DNA of 64,000 bases from an uncultured Planctomycetota bacterium (GTDB taxonomy: Bacteria > Planctomycetota > Planctomycetia > Isosphaerales > Isosphaeraceae), in assembly GCA_963823665.1 (NCBI GenBank), contig CAWGMQ010000008.1, positions 1,760,001 to 1,824,000 on the forward strand, written 5' to 3'. The notes under the pieces were generated by a model. The model was not told the origin of the DNA, searched no databases, and saw only the letters and a program-made list of their open reading frames with translations. Within the stretch, counting starts at the first letter, position 1. Every line of letters begins with the position of its first letter. The position numbers and the translations under genes are program-made. This document shows positions 9,743 to 20,427 of this stretch, one piece after another.

Positions 9743-12700
9743 ATGCGCAAAGCCGCAATTGGATCCGGGCGTTCCAGGACTCGCACTCTTCGCAGGACAC
9801 TGACCCGGTTCCGGCTCGAGTGGCTCGAGCCTCGTGAACTGCTCACGGCGTATACCGTCACCGATACGAGCGACAACACGAGCATGGGCTCGCTGCGGTG
9901 GGCGATTACCCAGGTCGATGGTGACTCAAGCCTCGACACCATCAAATTCGCGATTTCGGGAACGGGGGTCCAGACAATCGACCTGGGCTCACCATTGCCC
10001 CAAATCACCAATTCCGTCCTCATCGACGGCACCACGCAGAACAATTCCTCGGGACCACCGCAGATTGCGATCAATGGGGCCTCCCTATCTTCCTCTGCCT
10101 CGGTCCTTGATGACACGGGGGGATCGTTCACGATCAAGGACGTGGCGATCGTCGGCTGCCCGGGGACAGGGATCGAGTTGACCGGGGGCGCGAACGATTT
10201 GATCGAGGGATGCTACGTTGGAACGTCCGACGGCGCGCATGCCACGGCCAATGGCACAGGCATCGAGCTATTCGGTTCAGCGGATGTCACGATCGGAGGG
10301 ACGAGCGCCGCCAGCCAGAACGTCATTTCGGGCAACACGCAAAATGGCATCGAGCTGGCACCCGGTTCAAACAATGACGACGCCATCGGCACACTCATCG
10401 AGGGAAACATCATCGGCCTCGTGGCGGGGGGCACGGCGCCCTCGGGAACGGCAGCGACGGCATCTTTCAGAATGGCGCCAACAACACGACGATCGGCGGC
10501 ACCACGGCGCTTCAGCGAAACATCATCTCTGGTAACTCGGGAGATGGGATCTCCCTCGGTACCGGTATCGACTCGCTGGTGGAGGGTAACTATCTCGGCA
10601 CCGATACGACGGGTATGGTGGCCCTGGGCAACAACAACGGCTTGAATTTCACCAACGCGTCGTATGCCACGATCGGCGGGACGGTGAGCGGGGCCGGCAA
10701 CCTGATCTCGGGCAATAACGGCGGCGGGATCAACTGTTTTGTGCTGGGCTCGACGGCTGAGCTGATCGAGGGGAACCTGATCGGGGTGGACATCACCGGC
10801 AGGCGTGCGCTGCCGAACAAGAGCCACGGCCTCCGGATCGCCGGCCCGACCAACTGCACGATCGGGGGTACGGTCGCGCGCGCGGCGAACGTGATCTCCG
10901 GCAACGGCGGTGACGGAGTAAACCTCACCGTCGGCCCCGCCAACGGGACGTACGTTCTCGGCAACTTTATCGGCACCGACTCCTTCGGTGACAACCTCGG
11001 CAATGTGGGCCGCGGCGTTGACATTGGGTCCGACGACGTCACGGTCGGCGGCACCGCCAGTGGCGCCGCCAATGTGATCGCGTTCAACGGAAGCTCAGGG
11101 ATTTTCGTTGGTGGCAACCTCGATCACAATTCCTTTCTTTCCAACTCGATCTACGACAACACCGACCTGGGCATCAACCTGGGCAACGGCCCGACTCCGA
11201 ACCATCTCGACGAACAAGGCTTCACCATACCTGCACCGAACGACTATCAGAACTATCCGGTCTTGACGTCGGCGACGTCCACATCAAAGTCGACCGAGAT
11301 CATCGGCACGCTCAATGCGTCGGCCAGCACATCTTATCTCGTCCAGTTTTTCGCGAGCCCCACCGCTGATGCCTCGGGATTTGGACAGGGCCAGCTCTAC
11401 CTCGGCAGCGCGACCGTGCCGACCGGAGCGAACTTTAACGCAAGCATTAACGCCACAGTGAACACCGCGACTCCGGCCGGCTGGGTTGTCTCGGCCACCG
11501 CGACCGACCCGCTGGGCAACACGTCCGAGTTTTCACAAGACGTCATTCCGGTGGCCAGTGCCGACATGGGCGTCGCGATCACCTCGTCGCCTACTTCGGC
11601 GGCGTATGCAGGCAGCAACCTGACATATACGGTGACGGCCACGGCGAACGGGCCGGGGACTGCTCAGGGCGTGACCGTCACCGATACGCTGCCGGCGAAC
11701 ATCGGCCAGAACGTGATCGCAAGCACGTCGGTCGCCGGCGTCACGCCGATCATTTCCGGGAACACAGTGACCGCCGATTTCGGCGCTATGGCCGCGAACA
11801 CGTCGGCAATGCTCACCATCACGGTCGTGCCGACCGCCGCCGCAATACCCCAGATCACCGATCAGGCGACGGTCACCACCCAGGGTAGCATCGACCCCAA
11901 CCCGAACAACAACTCTGCCTCGCTCACGACCACGATCGATCCCGCGGCCGACCTCGCACTTTCCCTGGCGGGGCTCCCGAGCACGGTCACCGTCGGCAAT
12001 TCAGTCACATACACATTGACCGCGACGAACGCCGGTCCTTCGGATGCGGACGACGTTGTCGTGACGGATATCCTGCCACTGGATATCACTTCGTCCGTGA
12101 CGGCGAGCACGTCGGTTGGCGGCGTGACGCCCACGGTTGCGAACGGTCAGGTCACGGCGGACCTCGGTACTCTCGCCATGGGCGCGTCGGCCACGGTGAC
12201 GATCACCGTCGTGCCCGACGGCGCGGCGGTTCCCCAGATCATCGACAGCGCCTTCATTTCCAGCAGTACTTATGATCCTGACCAGGGCAACAACTCGCCC
12301 CCCGCGGTGACAACGACGGTCAACCCTGTTCCAATGAGCGACCTGTCGATCACGATGTCGGGCGCGCCCGACCCCGTCTACGCCGGCAGCAACTTGACCT
12401 ACACGATCAAAGCAACCAACAGTGGGCCGTCGACCGACCCGGACGCAGTCGTCACCGACACGCTGCCGGCCAACGTGACCTTCGTGTCGGCCACCGGCGG
12501 GGTAACGCCTTCAGGCGACGTTTTGACGCTGCCGCTGGGCGGCCTGGCTTCGAATTCCACAACCACGGTGACCATCGTCGTGACCCCGACGGCTGCGGCG
12601 GCGGGCTCCGGTAGTGCCTCGATCACGAATAGCGCGGTGATCACCGGAGAGTACAACAGCAACCTCCAGAATTCGGCCTCGACGTCGACCACGGTGATGG

Positions 12701-15330
12701 CCTCGACAGCCATCGCGATCCAGGTCGCGCCGCAGCCCACAACGGCCCAGGCCGGCCAGGACTTGACGTACACGGTCACGGCCACCAACAACGGTCCGTC
12801 GAATGCCACCGGCTTGGTCTTGACCGACACGCTTCCTTCGGTCATCGGGGCAAACGTGTCCGCGATGACCTCGGTACCTGGTGTGACTGCTGTCGTCTCA
12901 GGTGGGCAGGTGACCGCGAGCTTCGGCGAGGTGGACCTCAATGATTCGCTTACGTTGACGATCACCGTTGTGCCGACGCTTGCGGCGGTGACTGATTCGC
13001 CGCTGGTCGACACCGCAACGGTCACCAATAACGAATTCAATTCCGACCCGAATACCGCGATGAGCTCGGTGCCCGTGGCGCCGGTGAGCAACCTTTCGAT
13101 CACCATGTCGGGTCCGCCCGGCTCGGTCGGTGTCGGGAGCGACGTGACGTATACGATCAGTGCGAGCAACAGTGGGCCCTCGACCGACCCGGACGCGGTC
13201 GTGACCGACACACTACCGGCCAACGTGACGTTCGTGTCGGCCACGGGCGGAGCGACTCCGTCCGGAGGCGTGCTAACCTTGCCGCTGGGCAGCATGGCGC
13301 CAGGCGCCATGACCACGATGACGATCGTGGTGACGCCCACCGCGGTTGCGGCCGGCACGGGCACCGGTTCGATCACGAACAGCGCCGTCATCACGTCGCC
13401 ATCGGACGCCAACCTCGAGAACTCGGCGTCGGTGCAGACGACGGTTACGGCCGTGACGGCGATCGGGCTTCACATGACGGCGACGAACGGCCCGAATTAC
13501 GTCGACGGGGACCTGGAGTACACGATCACGGCGACGAACAGCGGCCCGTCGAACGCCACCGGCGTGGTGCTGGCCGATACACTTCCTGGAGACATCAGCT
13601 CGAACGTGACGGCCACCACGTCGGTGCCGGGGGTGGGTGCCTCGATCGCGGGCGGTCAGGTGACCGCGGACTTCGGTGCACTGAACGTCGATGAGTCTGT
13701 CACGCTGACGATCACGGTGGTGCCGACTGCGACCGCGGTCGCCGACTCGCCGCTGGTCAATCTCGTGAAGGTCACGAACAACGAGTTCGACGCGAGCCCG
13801 AGCACGGCGACGCTGTCGACGACGATCCTTCCCGTCTCCGACCTGGCGATCACGCAGTTCACCGCCGCGCCTGCGGCCGTCACCTACGGGAGCGCGGTCA
13901 CGTATACGGCGGCGGTCATCAACCACGGGCCGTCGCCGGCGACCGGTTTGACAGTGACTCTGCCGATGCCGGCGTTCACCACATTCGCATCGGGGTCGTG
14001 GACCATACCGTCGCACCCAATCGATCTCGCTGGGACCGTCGATCAAGAGGGATCGAACCTGGTCGCCGACATCGGCAACCTGGCGGTCGGCTCGACTGTG
14101 ACGGTCACTATCGTGGTCACACCCCAGCAGGATGCGGTTGGAACGCTCAATGCGACGATCACCGCCTCGGCCGACGGATTCAACGAGACGGCGAGCGCCG
14201 CCACAAACACTTTGCAGACGACTGTCGAAGATCAGCCGGGGAACTTGCAATTCAGCGCGGCCGGCTACGAGGTGCCCGAAACCGCCGGTTCCGCGACCAT
14301 CACCGTGATTCGGACGGACGGGCTGCGAGGGCAGGTCTCGGTGAATTTCACGACGGTTCCGATGAGCGCGACCGCCGGCCTCGATTACACACCGGTCGCC
14401 CAGACGGTCGTGTTTCCGGCGGGCGTGGCGCGGGAGACGATTCAGGTGCCGGTGCTGGCCGACCCGTACGATGACCGCAATGAGCTGGTGGGGCTTGCCA
14501 TCAGCGATCCGACCGGGGGCGCGGCATTGGGCGCCGTGACGACAGCGACTTTGACGATAGAGGACACCGACCCGAACTCCACCGTGCCGATGGTCTCGGC
14601 CGTTCAGTGGACGGGGACGGCACGATCGATCACGAGCCTGATCATCAGCTTCAACGAGCCACTTGCGGCCGCGACTGCCGACAACCCCGCCAATTTCGAG
14701 CTGGCCGGGGTGGGCAAGAAGGGTACGTTCAGCACACAGCACGACATGCCGCTGGCTATTGAGCCGCCGGTATACGACCCGTCGAACTTTACGGTTACGC
14801 TGGTTCCCACTCACGCGTTGGGGATCAATCAGTTTTACAGCTTGCTTCTCAAAGGCACGCCGGGTGGAATTACCAATGGCGGCGGCATCGAGCTGGCCGG
14901 CGCAGGGGCTGGCCAGATCGGAACGAATTTCACTGCGTTGTTTGCGCAGGGGACGAACCTGAAATACACGGACGCGGGCGGAAACCAGGTTTCGTTCGGC
15001 GTCAAGGGGGGTGGTTACCTCCAGGATCTGCTCACGGGCTCAGGGGTAGGCCAGCGGCTTGTGCTCGTCGGCGAGGTGCCACACCGCACGATTGTTAGCG
15101 GCAGTGTCAAGCAGGGTAAGCACGGCACCGGCCGGGCCTATCTGGGCTATTCGTTTTACGGGCTGGGCCAGTTCGGAAATGTGCGGGTGACGCTCAAGAG
15201 CCCGCCGTTCCAGATTCAGCGGTATCCATTCTCGCCAGGTTTGCCGCTGGGTCCGCCGACGGAGCTTGCGCGGGTGAGCAGCGCCGGGCCGGTCGCGGCC
15301 GCGCGGAGACAATCAGCCGGACGCGGGTAG
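9743..15330 (+). CDS. Giant secreted/surface protein: LEPR-XLL motif, parallel beta-helix, about 7 DUF11 domains, Calx-beta, C-terminal Ig-like domain; frameshift near 10440
   Basis: LEWLEPRELL; NVISGN/IEGNYLGTD repeats; DL.IT...P..LTYT..ATN.GPS..VVTDTLP repeats; GNLQFSAAGYEVPE..DYTPV; GAGGA RBS before ATG 9743. Confidence 0.88.
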
Positions 15331-15340
15331 ACGAAAATGC

Positions 15341-15401
15341 GTCAGGCTGAAAGCCTGACGTACTTGGTGGAACAGAATTGTCAGGCCGAAGCCTGACCTA
15401 C
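15341..15401. repeat. Pair of GTCAGGC-N4/5-GCCTGAC palindromic REP-like elements between convergent genes (possible terminator); third copy at 25411-25432
   Basis: gtcaggctgaaagcctgac and gtcaggccgaagcctgacctac. Confidence 0.75.
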
Positions 15402-16397
15402 TAACTGGGCGATTGAGGCGGTTCCGGTGGTTCCAAGCTGGTGGATGACGATGGAGGCGGCGGCCATGGCGAGCTCCATCGCTTCGCCGTGCCTGGCGCC
15501 TGAGGCCAAGGCGGACGTCAAGTTCGCGGTGACGGCGTCGCCGGCGCCGACGATATCGATTTCGGCGCGGACCGGGTGGGCCGGGACGTGCTCGGGATCG
15601 GCGCCTGGGTGCGCTCCCACGATTCCTTGCTCGGCCAAGGTGACGAAGACGGGCTGGCGAGTGCGGGCGCAGACACTGGCAGCATGCTGTTTCACGGCGC
15701 TCAAACCGACCACCGGGTTGCCTGCCATTCGCGCGAGCTCGGCGGCGTTCATCTTGAAACCGAGTGGTGGGAAATCCGTGAGGCCGCGGCGGCTGTCGGC
15801 GAGGATGATCAGGTTGGGATTGGACTGAAGTGCGCGGTGAGCTGCGTCTTTCACGCGAGCGGTCACGACGCCGGTTTCGGGCTGATCGACCTGATCGAGG
15901 AGGATGAGGGCGTCGACGCGTTCGGACAGACCGACCACAACGCGTGCCAGCTCGCGGTCGATTGCTTCGGGCGTGGTTGTCCAGTTCTTGGAATCGAGGC
16001 GGTTCAACTCGCGCGGGGGACGGCTGGGCTCGATCAAGAGCGGCTTGCAGTAAACGGGTGTTCGGCGCGAGGGGGTGGTGAGGAGGCCGTCGAGAATCAC
16101 GCCGGGGCTGGCGGCCAGGGCCTGGCGCAGCTCGTAACCTTCGCCGTCGTCGCCGCAGAAACCGATGGCGTGGATCTCGGCGATTCCGAGAGCGACCAGG
16201 TTGCTCAGGATCGTGCCGGCCGCGCCCGGCTGGCTGCGGACGGAGACGACGTTATAGACGGTCAAGCCGGTTTCGATCGAGGTTTCATTTTTGGATGGGT
16301 CGATATGTAGGTAACGATCCAGGAAGTAGTCGCCGACGACGGCGATTCGCAGGTGGTGGTAGCGATCGGTGATGGCGGTGAAGCGATCGGGTGTCAT
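15381..16397 (-). CDS. PfkB-family carbohydrate kinase, RfaE/HldE kinase-domain-like
   Basis: IAVVGDYFLDRYL, PGAAGTILSNL, FVTLAEQG, DIVGAGDAVTA. Confidence 0.88.
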   Translation of the reverse strand: MTPDRFTAITDRYHHLRIAVVGDYFLDRYLHIDPSKNETSIETGLTVYNVVSVRSQPGAAGTILSNLVALGIAEIHAIGFCGDDGEGYELRQALAASPGVILDGLLTTPSRRTPVYCKPLLIEPSRPPRELNRLDSKNWTTTPEAIDRELARVVVGLSERVDALILLDQVDQPETGVVTARVKDAAHRALQSNPNLIILADSRRGLTDFPPLGFKMNAAELARMAGNPVVGLSAVKQHAASVCARTRQPVFVTLAEQGIVGAHPGADPEHVPAHPVRAEIDIVGAGDAVTANLTSALASGARHGEAMELAMAAASIVIHQLGTTGTASIAQLVGQASA

Positions 16398-17498
16398 GCG
16401 TCCTGGAGCCGATGGTGGAGATGATGGACAAACATCAGATTATCGCATTGTACATAGTGGAGGGCGCCTGCCATGCGCGAGTAGCTCTTGCAGAACCTGA
16501 GATAATAGGCGGGGTTGTCCTTGGGGGGCTCGCCGCGGGTCCAATCCCAGTTGCCGCCGTCCTGGAGGTCGACGACGTAGATGTGGTGGCCGCGGATGAT
16601 ATCGAGATTGGATTGGAGGCGCAGGTTGTTGACGCAGCTCAGGGCTTTCTCGAAGACCTGAGGACCCATGATGGCCGAGCCGATCGAGAGGACGACGCCG
16701 CCTGCCAAGCTTCTGAGCGAGCCGCCGAAGAGCTTGAAGTCGAGCTCGCCGCGCGGCCGATTGCCGAGCCGCTGAACACGGGATGATTGGCGATGATGTC
16801 GTAGCCGATGCCGGGATGGACGGAGAGCGGAACCTGGTGGCGCGCGGCCTGGGCGAGGATCGAGGCGTGCTTGTGGCGGTGCTCGACGGTGATCCGGCCG
16901 GCGGGCCATTTTTGCTGGTGCATCGTGCGAAGCAGATCGGCGCGGGCGGAGGTCAGCGGGTGGCCGGGCTCGGACGCGATCAGGAGGGTGAGGTGCTCAG
17001 GATCCGGGAGAGTGGCGCCATCTTGGAGGATGAATCGGCCCAGGGACTGGCCGTAGCCGAGGCCATCGAGGCGCCGGCCATGAGGGCGAGGTGGATGTTC
17101 GACGCGGTCTCGTGCCAGGTTCCAAAGGTGCCGGTGGCGACATTCTTCTCGACGGATTCGGTTGATGCGCCGAGCCAGGCATATTCCCAGTCGTGGATGG
17201 TGCCGGCGCCGTTGGTGGCCAGATGGGTGAGCCAGCCGGCGGCCATCATTTGCTCGAGGAGGCGCGCTGCGCCGTTGCGCAGCAGGTGGGCGCCGTAGAT
17301 CAAGACGACGGCGGAGCCGCGGGCGCGGGCGGCTCGGATTTCTTGGGCACAGCCGTCGATCACGGCGGCGAGATGATCGGGGCAGGGGGGAGGGGGGAGG
17401 GCCGGGTCGATGAGGATCTCTTCGGCATTCGTCAAGCTGTGGCGGCTGGCGAGGGGGAGGACTTTCAGTTTGCTGAGGTCGAGGGGCGGGGGGATCAC
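16394..17498 (-). CDS. Deoxyhypusine-synthase-like conserved protein, split by two frameshifts
   Basis: VLIYGAHLLRNG..THLATNGAGTIHDWE; VHPGIGYDII; VVLSIGSAIMGPQVFEKA across ORFs 16980-17606, 16639-17640 and 16394-16909; stop overlaps the kinase ATG. Confidence 0.65.
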
Positions 17499-17509
17499 TG
17501 AGGGTTCCT

Positions 17510-18368
17510 TTAGCGGCCGAGCAGATAATTGACAAAGGGGATCGCGTCGCGATAGTCGGGGATGACGGCGTCGGCGCCGACGCCCAGGAGGCGCTGGCGC
17601 TTCCATTCGTCGACGCGGCCGGAGCCGTTGTTGGCCTCATCGCTGGCGACGGCGACGGCCAGGCCGCCGGCTTGCTTGGTGTTTTCGATCTCGACGTAAC
17701 CGTCGCCGAAGGAGAGCAGGTGACGGCCGGTAATGCCGTGCTCCTGGAGAATGCGATCGATCACGATTTTCTTGGAGAACTGCTTAAAATCATCAACGGC
17801 TCCAAAGATATGGCCATTGAAATATCGGGTGATGTCGAGAAGGTCCGGCCTCGCGCTCTACGGCGGAGAGATCGGTGCCGCTGGCGAGGTAGAGGGGGAG
17901 ACCGAGGCCTCGGAGGTGCTCGAGCAGGGGACGGACGCCGTGAACGAGGAGCGCATCGGGCGCGACAGTCCGGCCGGCTAGCGCGGCGGTTCGGGCGCCG
18001 ATGTGCGCTTCCAGGCGCCGGAGGTATTCGTGCTTGTAGGCCAGGGGCTCGTCGGGCCCGCCGCCGCGCTCGCGGATGCGGTCGGCGAGCTGGATCATCT
18101 GGTAGATCGTTTGCTTGCCGTTCAAGCGCATGATGTCGTCGAGGACGAGCTGGCGGAGGGCATCGTCGGTCTCGCCGGGCTGGCGGGGCAGCGCTTCGAC
18201 GAACATGGGGACCATGACTTCGGGCCAGCCCTGGCGGATCAGGGAAATGGTGCCGTCGAAGTCGAAGAGGACGTGGCTGATCTCGGGGCGAGGGGACAAA
18301 GGACGAGGAAGCTCGACGGACGGCCAATCGTTTTGCGGGTGGGACGACGGGTGGAGAGTGGAAGTCAT
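17510..18368 (-). CDS. HAD-superfamily hydrolase (phosphatase), frameshift near 17840
   Basis: LFDFDGTISL (motif I), LYLASGT (motif II), SFGDGYVE (motif IV). Confidence 0.88.
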
Positions 18369-18465
18369 TGGCTTAACCTGTGAGGGACCATTCGGGCAGA
18401 GCGGTACGCAATGGCCTAGCGTACGAGCAACCATTTGGGCAGGCCACGAGGAGCACTGCGCGGGG

Positions 18466-19584
18466 TCATGCGGGGGGGCCAAGACCGACGAGGAGTTTTT
18501 CGGCGTTTTTGTGGTAGAGCTTCTCGAGGACGTCTTTGGGGAGGAAGACGCCGTAGATCATCCAGAAGCCCTGGCGGTGGTGGCCGCCGGCGGGGTCGAA
18601 GTACTCGTCGTCGGTTTCCAGGAATCGATAGTACATTCGATAGGCCTGGCGGCCGGGGGATGTGTCGGTGCCGAACATGATTCGATCCTGGTATTTCAGG
18701 AAGAAGCGGCGGGCGGTGTAGGGCTGGCGGCCGAGCTCGGAGATGCGGGCATCGATATCGACATACATGTTGGGATATTCGTCGAGCCAGCGGGCGACCT
18801 CCGCCAGGTCTTCACCGTCATTGGCCATATGGGCGCAGATGAATGTTGTTCTGGGATGGCGGGCGATGACCTTGATTCTCTGGGCGTGGAGATCGGATCG
18901 CTTGGGGAAATCCTTGCCGTAAAAGAGCCACTCGGGGTGCTCGTTCAATTCGTGCCAGCGCTCGCTGCTGCCATCGAGCGGGGTGAAGAATGCGCCGGGG
19001 TCTCCGGTGTGGATCTCGACCGGACGCTTAAAGCGGGCACAGACTTCCCAGATCGGGTCGAGCTTGGGATCGTCGACTGGGAGGAACCGGCCATCGCGAT
19101 AGCGGACTCCCAAACCGAGGGACTTGTGAAACTTGAGGCCCTTGGCGCCGGCTTCGAAGCTTTCGGCGAGGCGGGCTGACTCGCGGTCGGACCAGCTCGG
19201 GTCATCGATTCCGGAGAAGTCGAGCTGGGCATAGGTCAGGAATCGACCGGGGTGGGCCTGATCGAGGGCGGCGAGCGTCTCCTTGAGTCTTTCGCCCCAG
19301 CCGCCGTCCAGGTTGACGACGGTTTGGACGCCGGCTGCGTCCATCTCTTCGAGGTAGCGTTTGACTCGATCTGCGGTGAGGAACGCCTTGCCGGCTCCGA
19401 GGTGGTTATGGACGTCGACGACGGGAAATGCAGGTTTGGGTACCTCGGTCGTCTTGGTGATGAGCATGGACCGAGGGTGCCAATCGCGGAGCTTCAATTC
19501 CTTGATGTCCTGGGAATCCTGGGCCGAGGCGATCTGTGTGCAGACGAGCGCGATGACAAAAAGGCCCGCGAGCGATCGGAGCAT
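18466..19584 (-). CDS. Secreted amidohydrolase family protein (Amidohydro_2-like)
   Basis: Signal peptide; VVDVHNH, GLKFH, VEIHTGD, ICAHMA, IMFGTD. Confidence 0.88.
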   Translation of the reverse strand: MLRSLAGLFVIALVCTQIASAQDSQDIKELKLRDWHPRSMLITKTTEVPKPAFPVVDVHNHLGAGKAFLTADRVKRYLEEMDAAGVQTVVNLDGGWGERLKETLAALDQAHPGRFLTYAQLDFSGIDDPSWSDRESARLAESFEAGAKGLKFHKSLGLGVRYRDGRFLPVDDPKLDPIWEVCARFKRPVEIHTGDPGAFFTPLDGSSERWHELNEHPEWLFYGKDFPKRSDLHAQRIKVIARHPRTTFICAHMANDGEDLAEVARWLDEYPNMYVDIDARISELGRQPYTARRFFLKYQDRIMFGTDTSPGRQAYRMYYRFLETDDEYFDPAGGHHRQGFWMIYGVFLPKDVLEKLYHKNAEKLLVGLGPPA

Positions 19585-19681
19585 GACGGCGATCTCCCTG
19601 GATTGGAATGGGGCCTGAGAAGGAAATCCGGCCCAGTGCACTCAGCTTCGGCGAAGCAGGGAAGAGCGTCAAGCGGCAATC

Positions 19682-20177
19682 TTATTTTGCGGACTTTACT
19701 CCGGCTTTGAACGCTGGGTTCTCCTCCATCATCTTCTGGTGCCGGGCTTTGATTCGTGCAAATTCGGCGGGGTGGTCGCCGTTAAACCCAGATGCGGAAC
19801 GAGCAGTCGACGATCTTGCTGCGCGGCGAGCGGGCGGGGTCAACCGCTTTGAGCACGCTCGTTTTTTCGGCCGCCGTGAGCGCGGGCTTCCCTGCAATTG
19901 TCACGTCGGCCTGCCGATCAGTGTGCAAGGTCACCTGCAGGACGATCGTGCGGCGCGCCTGTTCGTTCGCGAATTGAGTTTCGAGCGCACCGATGGCGGG
20001 TTTTACCCAGGCGACGAGCGAGTCGGTGTCAAGCGCGACCTCCGCAATGTTCATCTCCGTCAAGATCTGGATGGAGACTTCGACGTTTTCAGGCTTCTGG
20101 GCGAGGCAGGTGGCGGAGAGCAGGAAGAGCAGAGCGATCGCCATTGAGCATCGGCTGCGAATATGAGCGTGGTCCAT
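19682..20177 (-). CDS. Hypothetical secreted protein, frameshifted or internally deleted
   Basis: Signal-peptide-like IALLFLLSATCLAQ; frame breaks near 19785, protein-like tail ends at 19682. Confidence 0.5.
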
Positions 20178-20427
20178 GGCGCGGGCTCGTTTCGAAGAGA
20201 GGATATCCGGCGAAGGGCCGCAGCAACGACAATTGTCACATTTGATCGTAATCTTCGCGGGAAATCGGCTCAAGGTGGTTGTCTCGGAAGGCCGTTTGCG
20301 GAAAGCGGAATTCATTTGCCGGGGTTATGGACAGGACGTATCATGAGCCTGCGGCCGGCCAATCTCGCGGCTGAGCCGATTCCTGCCTGACGATTCCCTG
20401 CCGACGACACACCAGGGGTCTTTGATC

